Shown here in pieces: positions 12,582-26,200 of a DNA stretch of 60,000 nucleotides. Below the pieces are notes generated by a model, which saw nothing but the letters and a program-made list of their open reading frames with translations, was not told where the DNA came from and searched no databases. Position numbers and translations under genes: made by a program. Within the stretch, counting starts at the first letter, position 1. Each line of letters begins with the position of its first letter. Source of the DNA: Callorhinchus milii (Eukaryota); assembly GCF_018977255.1 (NCBI RefSeq), contig NW_024704742.1, forward strand, positions 41,976,001-42,036,000. The letters run 5' to 3'.

Positions 12582-15040
12582 TAAGACCATACGACCATAA
12601 GATGTAGGAGGAGGAGTAGGCCATTCGGCCCCTTGAGCCTGTCCCGCCATTTAATAAGATCATGCCTGATCTTCTAACCTAATTACATTTACCCCCCCTT
12701 TCCCCATATCCCTTAATCCCTCTAGCCTTCAGAAATGTTTCCTCAACTCATTTCAAAAAGGCTGACTTTTAATATTGAGACTATGACTTCTAGTTTTGGA
12801 TTCTCCAACCAGGGAAACAGTCTCACTACATCTACCCTGTCAAGATCCTTAAGAATCGTATAGGTTTTTATAAGATCACCTCTAATTTTCCTATATTTTG
12901 GAGAATGTAGGCCTAGTTTACTCAAACTATCCTCATAGGTCAACCCACTCATCCTAGGAGCCAACCAAGTGAGTCTATGCTGCACCCCCTCTAAGGCGAG
13001 TATGACCTTTCTTAAATAAGGAGACCAAAACTGTACACAATATTCAAGGTGTGGTTTCACCAAGAACTTATATAACTGCAGCAAGACTTCCCTACTCTTG
13101 TACTCTAATCCTTTTGTAACGAACGCCAACATAGCATTAGCCTTCCTAGTTGCTTGCTGTACCTGCTTACAAACTTTTTGTGACTGGTGGACACCCAAAT
13201 CCCTCTGAACACTAACACTATCTAGTCTCTCCCTCTCTAGAAAATAATCCACTTTTCTATTTGTATTACCTAGGTGAATAACTTCACACTTCCCCACGTT
13301 ATACTCCATCTGCCACCTTCTTGCCCACTCACCTAGCCTGTCTATTTCCCTTTGCATTCTTCTTGTGTCATCCTCACAGCTTACTCTCCCACCTATCTTC
13401 ATATCGTCTGCAAATTTAGGTATATTAAATTCTATTTCCTCATCTAAATCATTGATATAGATTGTAAATAATTGAGGTCCAAGCACTGATCCTTGTGGCA
13501 CTCCACTAGTCACATCCTGCCAATCTGAGAAGGACACGTTTATCCCTACTCTCTGTTTTCTTCCTGTTAGCCACTCTCCAATCCATGCTAATATATTACC
13601 TTTAATTCCATGGGCTCTAATCTTATGCAACACCTTTTATGTGGCACCTTGTCAAATGCCTTCTGGAAATCCAAATATACCACATCTACTGGTTCCGCCC
13701 TAACTAACCTGCTTGTTGCATCCTCAAAAAACTCTAAAAGATTTGTTAAACATGATTTTCCTTTCGTAAAGCCATGTTGACTCTGCCTAATCATGTTATG
13801 ATTCTCTAAGTACCCCACAACGACATCCCTAATTAAGGACTCCAGAATTTTCCCTACCACCGATGTCAGACTAACTGGTCTATAGTTCCCAATTTTTTGT
13901 CTCCCATCCTTCTTAAATAGCGACGTTACGTTTGCGACCTTCCAATCAATGGGAACCAGACCAGAATCCAGGGAATTTTGGAAGATCAAAAATAAAGCAT
14001 TCACTATCTCTGCAGCCACCTCTTTTAAAACCCTAGGATGCAGGCCATCAGGTCCAGGGGATTTACTGGCTTTTAATCCTATCAATTTTTCTAGTACTAT
14101 TGCTTTACTGATGTTCATTTCTTTAAGTTCCTCAATAACATTAGCCTCCAGGTTCCCCTCTATTTTCGGTAAATTTTCAGTGCCATTTCTTTATTCTCCA
14201 TTATAATTTCTCCTGTCCCTGCCTGCAATGGACCCACATTCACTTTTGATAGTCTCTTCCTCGTTATTTACTTGTTAAAACTCTTACAATTTGTCTTTAT
14301 GTTCCTAGCTAGTTTACCCTCACATTCCATTTTCTCCCTCTTAATCAATTTCTTGGTTTTCCTTTGCTGATCTCTAAAGCCCTCCCAATCCTCACGTTTA
14401 CTGCTCTTTGTGGCAGTATTATAAGCCTCTTCTTTTAATTTTATACTTTCCCTAACTTCTCTAGTTAGCCAAGGTTGAACCACTTTTCCCGTGATATTTT
14501 TATTTTTCAAGGGAATATGTGATCGTTGGGAATTATGTATTATATCTTTAAACTTTTGCCATTGCTGGTCTACCATTATTTTTAAATCTAATTTCCCAGT
14601 CTATGTTAGCCAAATCTTCTCTCATACCTGCAAAGTTGGCTTTATTTAGATTTAAGACCTTTGCTTCAGATTCAATTATATCACTCTCTAACTTAATGTT
14701 AAATTCCATCATGTTATGGTGACTCTGCCCTTGAGGAGTCTTAACTTCCAGATTGCTGATTAGCCCTATTTCATTACACAAAACAAGATCTAGGATAGCC
14801 TCATTCCTCAGCATATTGTTCTAGAAAACTATCTCTAATGCATTCTATAAACTCATCCTCTAATTTACTTTTGACAGCTTGGTTTTCCCAGTCTATATGA
14901 AGATTGAAATCACCCACTATTACTGTATTACCCTTGCTACATGCTCCTCTAATTTCCTGATTAATACCCTTACCAAGTCCTGCGGCTTGTTTGTTCCTCT
15001 CTATACTGTTTGGTGGCATTGGTGGTGACCCACCAATTTA
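12582..15040 (-). mobile_element. CR1-clade LINE, 5'-truncated, frameshifted (partial APE endonuclease + RT + 3' tail)
   Basis: Consecutive minus-strand ORFs: IVGDFNLHIDW and LDLVLCNE (endonuclease), KSPGPDGLHPRVLKE, NYRPVSLTS, QHGFTKGKSCLTNL, YLDFQKAFDKVPH, GVPQGSVLGP, KFADD. Octamer-like tail taagacca/tacgacca at 12582-12602. Confidence 0.95.
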
Positions 15041-15209
15041 TTTTGTCTGGGATAAGATGTTTTCTTTAACAATGAGCAAACGATTGCTGGAGGAATGGAA
15101 TTATTTCCTCCGTCTGCCTTCCCAACATGAAAGGTTCTGTATAAACGTAAACTGTATGTAAATTGTATTGTATCTCCTTCTGTTCTTTTTGTTTCATAGC
15201 ACTGTTTGC

Positions 15210-15510
15210 AAGACCTTTGCTGCCTCCTCTGATTCCATAGTCCATCTGTCCCCTCGTTGGTATCATCAGCAAATTTATTACTTTACAACGAGTCTGCGAA
15301 TTAAGATCACTAATACATACAAGGAACAGGAGGGATCCCACTACAAACCCCTGAGGCACTCCGCTTAATACCTGCCTCCTTCTTGACCTAGCTCCCCTAG
15401 CAAAGACCTTCCCTTAAGCTAGTTCTGAATCCAAGTTCATGTGTTGTCCTTGATTCACAGGGATGGCAGTTTGTGAACGAGTCTCTTGTGAGGTACTTTG
15501 TAAAATGAGT
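15210..15510 (-). mobile_element. Older CR1 RT fragment
   Basis: ggagtgcctcagggg gives (G)VPQGFVVGSLLFLVCISDL; tttgctgatgatacc gives FADDT. Confidence 0.7.
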
Positions 15511-16954
15511 TTTGGTTGGGAGCCCCTGAACCTGAACATGAGGAAGATAGGAGCAGGCCGACCTGGGTGTGAAAGGACCTCTTCCTCTTGGGTGTTGTTT
15601 TCCCTCTCAGCCTCTGTAGTTATGGCTGTAGTGTGGAGAGGACCTGGACTTCTTCAGCATCATTAGGCAGAGTTGAAGGAGTAGGTCCAGGTCTTTGCGC
15701 ATGGCTATTTCAACATATATTTGTAAAGGAAAAATGTGCAGAGAAAGCACATGGGAAAAAGTCTGGGAAATGAGACTAAACACATAGTTTTTACAGAGAG
15801 CTGGCTCAGAAATGATGATCTTCTGTGCTAAATAATTCTATGATTCCTTGAAAATTCTATGATTCTATTTGAAAAGGCCATGAGAGAGACTGGCGCCTGT
15901 GGAACCGTATCATGGTAGAAGTAAAAAAGAGTCAAATGTCTTCAGAGGAGGGAGAAAATTGGTGGACAAAGATTGTTGGAAAAAAAAACCAAATAGCATT
16001 TATAAAGATATTTTTTCTGGAGGTAACTAGATGACTTTCTAGTTACAGAATACATACAGTCAAGTGTTACCCTATCCCCATTCTACTAACAAATAGTTTA
16101 TGTTGTGTTATAGAACATTGGAAGAATGCCCAGTTTGAGCTTTATTTTGTACAGTTGGAAACTTATGGATACAGACCCCAAATTGCTTTCCTTGATTTAC
16201 TTAGAGGGTCAAACATTGCAACAAGCCAAGGTCAGAATAATGAATAATGCAGACTGAAATACTAGCTTGACAGTCTGCATTTTCACTTGACTACCTTGAG
16301 GGTCAAGGAGAAATTTCTCTGACTTTTTTTTCTACCTACATTATTATTTATTTATTCACCTTCGAAAGAGGGATTGACTCGTCAAGTGTCCTTTTCTCCT
16401 TCAATACTTTCTTACATTGGGCACACCTTTACAGATCAATATGAACAGACTGAGATCATTTAAAGCAACTGGGGAACTAAAAAATAATTGGGAGGCTGGA
16501 AATTAGCTTTTCTAAAACAGCTTATCAACAGGATGACTAAGTCCACATGAAAGGATGATGCAAAACAGCAGTGGATAAGGCCTGAACTGCTGGCTAATGA
16601 GTCTTATTCCACTTCAGTAAACTCATGTCAGTGAAAGCTGCTCTACATCAGACCACATGCAGTATAATTCAGAAAAACAGACATACTGGAGATTTTGCCT
16701 TGATAAGCCAGAGGTGTATTGCAGTGCAGTGCAATTCTCTGAAGTGCTGCCACTTTTTCATGGATTGATAAGTGTTACACATTAGAACTGAAGAAAGTAT
16801 GGAACACAACTAGGCAATCAAGCCCTACAATTTGTTTCTGCAAGGAGAAAATTGCAGTATTCCATATAATATGAAATAACAATAATAATCTTTTCATTCG
16901 ATATAGCAGCTTTAATATCCGAATGTCTCAGAGTGTTTACATTAATTGCTGTTA

Positions 16955-17135
16955 GGTTTAGTGACTATGCCACCAGAAGATCCACAAGTGAGTTTATGAG
17001 GAAGGAGGAACTTCTTTACACAGAGGGCGGTGAGAATGTGGAACTCAATACCAATAGCTGTGCTTGAAGTAGAAAGTTTCAAGATATTTAAGAGGAAATT
17101 TGATGCACACATGAGAGAGTAGGGAATAGAGTTGT
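16955..17135 (+). mobile_element. CR1 3' fragment
   Basis: aggaacttctttacacagagggcggtgagaatgtggaactc (RNFFTQRAVRMWNS) and tttaagaggaaatttgatgcacacatg. Confidence 0.7.
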
Positions 17136-18065
17136 CTGTACTTATGTAAACTCTACTGTAACTCACATTTAAAGTATGATATGTGTGTTCATACTTACAA
17201 CTCATGTTCATTAATGGATAATTTATTAGTTGCAGACTGAGTTTGGAAGTTTAACGCAATGGAAAATACAGGGGAAGAGAGAAGGAGGTGGCAATGATGT
17301 GTCCATTAGAAATAACATTTGTTTTTTTGGAACAATGTTTTGCCCAGCACATAAACTGATAATCTTACTAATAAGTTAAATAATTCAGTTACATTTTTGT
17401 ATCACGAGTTATAGCATCTAACTCAACGTGCAGCCATCCCTGTCACATGTTAAGGAATTCCTACATAACTGCTTTCCAATTTGTTCATGGTTCCCTGGAG
17501 ATGGATTTTGATGGCAGGCTTCTCTAATGACAATAGTACCTGCAGACAGTTTAAATCTCTCTCTACTCTGAGGCTCTAGGGTTGCCCAAATAGATATGTT
17601 TGCTCTTTGGATAGACATGAGGCTTACCTTAGCAGATGCTGTGGATTTACCATAGCAGATGTAACAAGCTGGCTAAAATAGACATTCCAAGCTTCAGATG
17701 TTGTTGACTATTTCCCAATGGACACACCAGCCCACAGATGTTGTTAAGTGCACTTGTGACAGATGCTTTAATCCCTTTATTATTGTGAATTTTCCCCTGG
17801 TGGACTTTCCAGGATAACTACCAACTACTACAAAAGATTGTCAATCGTCATCAACTGAACACAGCACTTACATTTTCCAGAACCAAAACATAGTTTGGGA
17901 TATTTGGGAATAATTACTTGCAGCACACTGCTTATTTCCTCGTAACTCAAGTTTCTACCAAGGAAGGCACAATTTAAAGTTCCAACAAGATGACTCAGTC
18001 AATGGTAGGACATATGTTCTTAACTGCCATTCCCATGCAGGTGAGTTCCTGATCCCAACCCTAGT

Positions 18066-18409
18066 GTTTCAGCCTGGCTCAGCTGGAAGCTGCCACTGAG
18101 GGAAAAGGATGTAGGTTCAAGAACTACGTCAGCATAGACCACAGTCCCAATACAGTGCTGGGCCCCATCTGCTTGCTTAGGGGGATGTTAAAAATCCTAT
18201 AGCACTATTAGAAAACAGGTGTCCTGGCCAACAAATCCCCAAATAAGATTAATCTAAATCCACTTTGTGGCTGTTTGTGGGACATTGCTGTGCACAACTT
18301 GGCTGCTGCATATGACACAAAATACACAATCACTGTACAGTACATCTAGTGAAGCGCTTTGAAATGTCATCCTAATATGAAAGGTGCTATATCAAATGTA
18401 ATAATTATT
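18066..18409 (+). mobile_element. Deu-domain tRNA-SINE (family B, SacSINE1/AmnSINE1-like), degraded
   Basis: Head tcagcctggctcag; core gatgttaaaaatcctatagcactatt...ggtgtcctggccaac; shared tail. Confidence 0.75.
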
Positions 18410-19450
18410 GTCAATTCTACAGCACAAGGAATTGACAAGCAGAAAATGTCTTCCTCCCCACAGGAAAAAAAAGCATGTAAGAACCAGCAACTTTGCAGCC
18501 TCCTTCAGTAATTCTGAGAGAAGCCCGGGATCAGTTTTTTTAACTCTCTTCTCTTAACCACTCAATAACTTACATTTATATAGTGACCTTCACATAGGAT
18601 AATGCCTCAGAGCACGTGACAGTGGTGGGGTCACACATCAAGCAAGGAAGAAGAGTGAGGTTACCATAGAAGCGTTCAAAGAGGTAGGTAATGAAGTGAG
18701 ATTTAAAGACAGGTAGAGAGGGTTGAGGCAAGGGAAAGATACTTAAGAAGACGAAAATAAAAATAAGGTGCTGAAATCCTCAGGATTGCCACAGATTAAC
18801 TCTCAATGACACTTATTTTTTAATAGACATTTTAATCCTTTATTGTTTTACCCCTTTTAAGATACCAGGAACTCAAAGTAATTTAATTAGTATTATGTTC
18901 CATTTGTCAAGAAAGATGCTTTTCAAAGACTTTTTTTGGATCCAAAGTTTGGTCTTAGCCCACTTTGACCAAATCAGCACAATTCACAATAACCATAGTT
19001 TTGTTTTGTCTGTGTATATACTCAACCCTGCCTGAAATCAAAAACAGTAGCATAATGTTGCTGAGAGCCTCCTGTGGCAGATTGGTCTGATTCTGCATTT
19101 GTTAATGATGTACGTCTGCCACAGAGGATATGACCTAACAGAAGCGGTCATTAATCTAAATCCTATAGATCAATAGATTTCCCGCCAAGGTAATGTCAGC
19201 CATCCGGATGGACATAAAGCACTCGTTGTTATTCATGGATGAATAAGCATGATTAAACTTTGTCAAGCAAGCTGCCACTTTAAAGTTTGCAAATAGGCAA
19301 AGCTTACAGTTTTGGGGTGTTTATAGAGAAAAGGGCATCAAGTTTGTAACTTATTAACCTTGGGAACTGTAGAAACAGCAAAAAAAAATGTTATGCTGGG
19401 CTAGCTACATTAAGAAAATTAGGTGCAACATTTTATTTCCCAGTAAACAG

Positions 19451-19896
19451 GTGTCAGCCTGGTTCAGATTGTACAAGTCTCACCTTTGAGTCAGAAGGTT
19501 GTTGGGTCAAGTCCCACACTGGGACTTTGAACTCACAATCTAGGTGACATTCCTGGGAGTTTGTTGCATTGTCAGAGGTGCCATCCTTCAGATGAGATGT
19601 TAGACGGAGATCCTGTCTGCCTGCTCAGGTGGACATAGGGATCCTACGGCACTACTAGAAAAAAGAGAAGGGAGTTTCTTCCTGGGCTGCAATCCCCCAG
19701 ATAAAATTGGTGAGTCCCTTCATGGTCTTTGTGGGACATTGCTGTGTCAAATTGACTAGCGTGCTTGCCCACAAAAAATATGCAGTCACTTCACTTTACA
19801 ATAAATCCTGTGAAGGGTTTTGAGATTTTCTCTCAAAGTGAAAGGTGCTATGTCAAGTCTAAGGATGACAATTATTTATTATTATTATTATTATTA
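19451..19896 (+). mobile_element. Deu-domain tRNA-SINE (family B), full length
   Basis: gaggtgccatccttcagatgagatgttagac...gatcctacggcact matches the recalled Deu-domain core (GAGGTGCCGTCCTTCGGATGAGACG...AAAGATCCCATGGCAC). Confidence 0.85.
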
Positions 19897-20768
19897 ACAC
19901 TTGTATCTGGTGGGAGTCCTAGAGTTGGCAGGTGATGGGTGAAGATCAGAAAGAGGGAGCAAATACTCTCCTCAGGTAAATGATAATGCCAGTGGGTCCA
20001 TTTTGCCCCAAAAAGCTCTTTACTACATATATTGCATTTTCTGCAGGGAAATTATGTATGTCATGCTGTATCGCAAGACTTCAGCTGTGACTTGAAATTC
20101 CCTTGGAGCCAAGATGCGGTTAGTGTGAGTGGACATCAATGGGTTTCCCTGCTGGGGTATTAGTTTACGCTGTGAAGCACATTGTGAGACTGCAAGGTAC
20201 CTCCTGGTTTGTCAAGGCTGGCGAGACCATCATCACAAGAGGACAGGACCCAAAGCAACCGTGTGATTGGTATGTGCTGGCTTCCCTGTTCTCAAATATT
20301 AGATTCATCGCTGAATAAAAAATTAAAAGTGATCAGTAGAAATATCAATACTGCATGAAAGGACCACTCTAGAATATTGGTTCCTCCAAAGGAAACACTG
20401 TTATATTCCCCTGAAATGACCACTGTGCCAAACAGTCGATAATTTATTACAGGCCTTGACACTGAATAACGGCATCTGGAAGGGAATTGGGCTAAATACC
20501 TTCACAAACAATCTTAGTGAAAGAATATTTAACAGAGGTTGTGACATTGAATCAACCAATCATACCTATCACTAGAATAATAAATACAGAACAAGGACTT
20601 TAAAGATGTGAACCAAAAGGGTGTCAATCCACTGTGTGAACAATTCCTCCATACAATGACCATCATATATTTGAGGAATATAAGAGTCTTCGGATGGACA
20701 GTCCAGAAATGCTTCTTTTGGAGAAGTGAATGTTCACCTTCACAACAATAACAACAATTTAATATTAT

Positions 20769-21132
20769 TAATAATAATCCTTACATTGGGTATAGCACTT
20801 TTACATCAGGAGCATGTCTCAAAGTGCTTCACAGGATTACTGTAAAATGTAGTAACTGTGCATTTTGTGGGAAAACATGGCAGATAACTTGCACACAGCA
20901 ATATCTCACAAGCAGCCATGAAGTAACTCATCAATTTAATTTGGGGGATTGTTGGTCATGACACTGGGAGGAACTCCTTTCTCTTTTCAAATAGTGCCAT
21001 GGGATCTTTAACGTCCACCTGAACAGGCAGAAAGGAACTCAGTTTAACATCTCATCTAAAAGATGGCACCCCCAACAAGGCAACACCCACCAGTACAGTA
21101 TTGGAGTATCAGCTTAGACTATTTGGGTTCAA
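20769..21132 (-). mobile_element. Deu-domain tRNA-SINE (family B)
   Basis: atagtgccatgggatctttaacgtccacctgaacaggcag...aacatctcatctaaaagatggcacc. Confidence 0.85.
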
Positions 21133-23884
21133 TGTTTCATTTATGTAGCATTCTTTAAATGGGATAATGTGTATGAAGGTCTATGTTATATTTATCTAAT
21201 TTGAAGAAGCTGCATGAGCTGCCTTTCGCCCGCAAAATATACAGTCAATTCACTTTACAGTATATTCTATGAAGCTCTTTGGGACGTCTCGAAGACGTGA
21301 GAAGGCACTGTATCAAATGCAAGCATTATTATTATTATAAACAATGGCTTTCACAGTGAGGGTAGAGGTATATCATATTGTTATTTTGTCTTAGCATAGA
21401 GTCACAGCATAAAATCAAACCCGGCGATTTGCCCCATCAAGTTTTTTTCTCCACCTGAGCCAAAGAAATCCCATTCTCCTGTTCTCGCTCCTTTGAGTTT
21501 TAATATTCTTCCTCCTCAAGAAATGGTGTAATAAACTATGTTCCTTAATACTCTAGTTGCCGTTTGTCCTGACACATCCAGGAATGCTGGATAATGGAGC
21601 AGCCTGTTCGACACACAAGATATGGCAATGTTTTGTTACAAAAAAAATAGTTGTACTGGATGAATAGCATATCTAGAGGCTATAAAGAACTTGATGAAGC
21701 CTTTTCAGCAAAATAGAAGGATGAAAACATTCAGTGATCAATATAAAATGGCAAGACTTTTCTCAAGGGAGGCCAGAGTCCAGGACAATTGCTAGAGGAA
21801 ATGGCAGGTCTCTGAAGCCAGTTATATTGTGCTTATTACGTGTGTTACTTTCAAATGTTGCGGCATCGCTTTGCAGTAAAAGGGAATGCTTATTAAGAAT
21901 AGTGAAATATGAAGTCAGTGAATGTACAAAACATAAAAAGGTAAGAAATGAGGATGAAAGGACAGGCATCTGTAGCCAGAACTTACAATTTTCAGCCAGC
22001 AGGGGGAAGTCCACTAGAAATAGCTCTTTGATGCTGGAATAAGAAATTGCTGCAAAATAACTGTTTTATTCTATTTAATAATGAGGAATATTAAAGTTTT
22101 CTTTATTTTAAAGGATACGTGTTATCAGAAGCTAATGAATATTTTGCAAAACTCAGTTTTACTGTACATCCAAGCTTTCAATACCATTTATTGGGTTAGC
22201 AATGGCAAACATGCAGGTCATAAGGCTCTTGGTAACATTCAGGCAGCCTTGTCCAAACCACATGCGAGATAATGGCTTATAAAATGCTGTAAAATCAATC
22301 TTCGTGTTACAGTAAAAAATCCCCTTTGACAAATCAAGCAGAAAGCTCTAACTGTGCCAATCTGAGGCATTCTGGTATTGCCATGGTGTGACTTCTTTGC
22401 AGTTTAACATTTTGAGACTAAAATAATAATGCATGCCATGTTTTACACTGTAATAAGCATCCCTGCATTAACCGAGGAACCATTTGGACATTCATAAATT
22501 CAAAAAGTTAGAGCACTCTAATTATTAAAACGTGGACAATGAGGATAAACTAGCTTGCTCACAATACCACAGATTGTTTGGGTTAACCTATTGACTTTAT
22601 TTTTATGCCTTAATAAAAGCTTTATATTTTAGTTTTCCTTAGGAACTTTTATTACATTTAAAGTTCACTTGTAACTTTTGCAAGGGGGCACTCCTGGGGA
22701 TCAGTTTGCAAAATCAAAATGGTATGGGAATTTTTAAAGTCAGGCAGCTTTGTTCTGTTTGCAGGAGGTTTTTTTTTAAGTCATTTCCCCCCCCCACCCC
22801 CCCTCGGCTTCAACTTCCTCAGTTAATAGTTTGATATTCATGATCAACAGGAAACGTATAAGAATAAAATGAGACACTTATTCATCTAACGCAGTGGCAG
22901 CATTCAGCATGAAAAGTACAAAACAAAATGACACATTTACAACCTCTTTGGGGAATCTGCAATCCCATGCTTAATTGCTAAAATGTATCAGACTGAAAAT
23001 GAACAGAATCAACTTTGCAAAACCTTCAGTAGGCAACGAGTCAACTAAAAAAGGCATATTGCTGCTAAGTGTATATTCTTTAAATGTGTGTATATATATA
23101 CTATTTAAGTGTATCCTCTATTTTAAGTGCACAGTGTATTCTTTAAGTGCATATAGCTCTTTTTATGTGTGTGAATTATTTTGGTGTAAAGCGGATAAAA
23201 GTGTTGTTTCTTTAAAAATGGGCATATACAATATTTAAGTGTATTATTTTATATATTTGTTTTTATTTAATGTACACTAACATTTGAAGTGTGCATTCCT
23301 GTCTTAAGTGGATCTTGGTAAGTTTATACAATATTTGTAGTAATGTGCATTCCTTTAGCTGTTTGCCACTTGTAGTGTGTACTCTTTTTATCTATTTAGC
23401 TTTCTGGTTAATTTTGTTTTTTTAAACTAAACTATATATATTCATTGATATATACAATATAGATATACACCTGTCTGGGTCAGTTCCGGCTTTGTAGTTT
23501 TCTGGTTAATTTTGCTCTCATCCATATGGTAGTTCCAGAAATTGGAGCTTTAAACATGCCAAACTGCTGCTTTATTTGTTCCTATTGAAGTCTGTCTTTT
23601 CTTGTACAGTGGTTGACTTTAACCAAGTCATGAGAAGCAGGAACAGATTATTGAGCCCTATATTGAACACACATTTGCTGTCAGGAAGGGACGTCACTTG
23701 TAAGTGAAAGGGTTAAGATAAGTTATTTATTTTAGAATGGAGATGCAGGAAGTGATTTGCATTTACAGTGCTTGTAATTGGCCTCTCCTCTCCTGCAGGA
23801 GATGCCTGAACTAGGCTGGGGGGTTAGTTCTCTGGACAGTGGCAATTTACCCCCAAATCAAATTTTCTTGTGTAAATGCCATCA

Positions 23885-24095
23885 GATTATTTGACCACAG
23901 AGGGCATCACAACCCAGCCCAATCCTTACCTGCACCCAACATTAACACACATGGACTAACCAGCAATAGGCAATGATCTGGAGTAGTAAGCAGATTTTCC
24001 CCTCTTTTTTCAATGTACTAAAGCCAATTATAGCCCTCCATCTAAATTGATCAAGACTAGGATTCAATCATGCAATCTTCTGCTCTGTAAGACTT
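23885..24095 (-). mobile_element. AmnSINE2-like SINE (family C) fragment
   Basis: tatttgaccacagagggcatcacaacccagcccaatcct is the reverse complement of the family C core seen at 35360-35400. Confidence 0.55.
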
Positions 24096-24637
24096 GATAT
24101 AACACCCATAACATTGAAATGTTAAGTGCTTTGGGCCGTCCTCCCAACGTGAAAGGCGCTATATAAAAACAATTTGTTGCTGTTGAGGGAGCTGTGAAAT
24201 GGATATTAAAAGGGCTCTTCGCATAAAGTCCATAACTTTGCAATTCATACCTCCTTTCACATGTAGACAAGTATTGAGGTGTTCATTGTGGATCAATGTG
24301 CATCTCAGTCACTATCTATAAACAGTGCGACACTGACAGATTGTTACAGCTAAAGAGATTTTTTGTGATGCATCATACTTAGTATACACTCCTCTTGAGT
24401 GTGTGCCCTGGATAAGTGTTTAGAAATTATGGGAAGTCAGTGGTACACTTAACAGAAGGGCACTGTGAAAATAAATCCTCTCCAACAGCAACACAGCAAA
24501 GCTCTGATCTCAGAACATTTTTAGCTAGTTTAATCTATTAGGAAACATGTCCTCATTTGAAGTCTACACATTCTGAGCAATTTGTTGTTACACTGTATAA
24601 CGTAAGAACATAAGTTTGTATACTTAGTTGTATTTCT

Positions 24638-24883
24638 ATAATAATAATAATCCTTGCATTTGATACAGCGCCTTGTTACGTCTTTGAGACGTAGCAAAGC
24701 TCTTCACGGAATATACTGTAAAATGAATTGACTATATATTGTGTGGGTGAAAGGTGGCAGCCAATTGCGCACAGCAGTGTCCCACAAACAGTTGCAGATT
24801 GAATGACCACATTTTTATTAAAATCGAACCCGGGTCCTCTCGCTTGCGAGGTGAGTGCTCTAACCATTAAGTCACATGACGCC
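24638..24883 (-). mobile_element. tRNA-derived SINE, family A, internally deleted
   Basis: Tail ataataatccttgcatttgat joined to head atcgaacccgggtcctctcgcttgcgaggtgagtgctctaacc. Confidence 0.85.
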
Positions 24884-25769
24884 ACATTCTGTTATGAATC
24901 GCTATGTACACGTTACAAGAGACAGCCATCATTTATCAAATGTTTCGAATTTAGTTAGGCATAAAAAATTATATTTAATGCTGATGATTGCGTGTGATTT
25001 CCAATCTTTTTTACCTGAAGATACAGATTCAGGGCTGGGCTGTTTCCTGCGTTTCCACCGGCTCTGTGGTAACTTGTCTGAGAGGATATTCTTCACGTAG
25101 AGAGTAGATACTGACTATTAGGATGACACAGATCTTGGAGGCGCCATAACTTTACCTGATTGTCTTTCTCTGACCTGCTTACCTCCAGTCCACTACTTGT
25201 TGCCTCTGCTTGACTGCCTATGACCGCCTATTGGTTCTCATGCCCTCTGTTCCACCATTGGCGGTCGTGCTTTCAGCCACTACGACCCAAAACTGTGGAA
25301 CACTCTTCCTCTGCCTTGTCCTCTCTTCCCCATTTTCAGATCATCCCTGAAGACCTTCCTCTTCGACTATGCTTACGGTATCCCCTGGTACTGTAAGCAT
25401 GAGGAGGGGGCAAGTCCCACATCGGGGGTACACTCAAGTAGCCCCAATGTGGGACTTGAACCCACAATCTTCTGACTGAGAGGCAAGAGTTTTACAACTG
25501 AGCCAGGCTGAAACCTGATATACCAGCTGAGCTCAGGTAACTCTGCACTGACCAGGGATCAAACTTGGGATCTTCCTATTCCATATGGATCAGCAGCAGA
25601 CCAGGCAGTGAATATACATGTGAACTATTATGGGAAGTCCTGGTTGTGTATTATCCAATACAATCAAATGAACTGTGAAGAGAGCACTACTCATTGAAGC
25701 ATCTTATTTAAATTACATTTTTAAAATCCAATTAAGGTTACAAGTCCCTGTCAGCACAAAGGTCTATAC

Positions 25770-26200
25770 AATACAATACAAAATGACATTTGTAAAGCAT
25801 CTTTGACATTGGGAGGATGACCCAAGGCACTGAACAGTTAGGGATTAGGACCTGAGCGTGGGGTGGGGTTTGGGGGGTGGTGGGGTTTGGGATCAGGGAC
25901 GCTGGAGGGCAGAGAGGGTAGGAGAGTGGCCAAAGGCACGGTCGAAGGGGAGAGTCTTGAGGAGTGCCTTGAAGGAAGTAAGGGAGTCAGCAGGGCAAAA
26001 GGAATGTGGAATGGAGTTCCAGAGGGTGGGGGCAAAGAGGCTGAAGGCCTGACCGCCGATAGTGGGGCAGACTGGGCGGTGGACATGGAGCAGGCCAGAG
26101 CCTGCTGAGCAGAGAGAGCGGACAGGTTGATAAGGAGTTAGCAGGTTGAAGAAGTAGGAGGGGGCAATGCCATGGAGGGCCTTGAAAGTGAGGATAAGAA
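25770..26200 (-). mobile_element. L2 3' fragment
   Basis: ILTFKALHGIAPSY...PTIGGQAFSLFAPTLWNSIP...FKALLKTLPF, with the L2 tail at ~25770-25835. A separate minus-strand tail of the second subfamily lies at ~26270-26375. Confidence 0.88.

Noticed and set aside
12743..14118. Reverse-transcriptase ORFs as a functional or domesticated gene, or a retron-like system
   Set aside because: Ordinary CR1 ORF2 broken by several frameshifts and deletions, 5'-truncated and ending in a CR1 tail.
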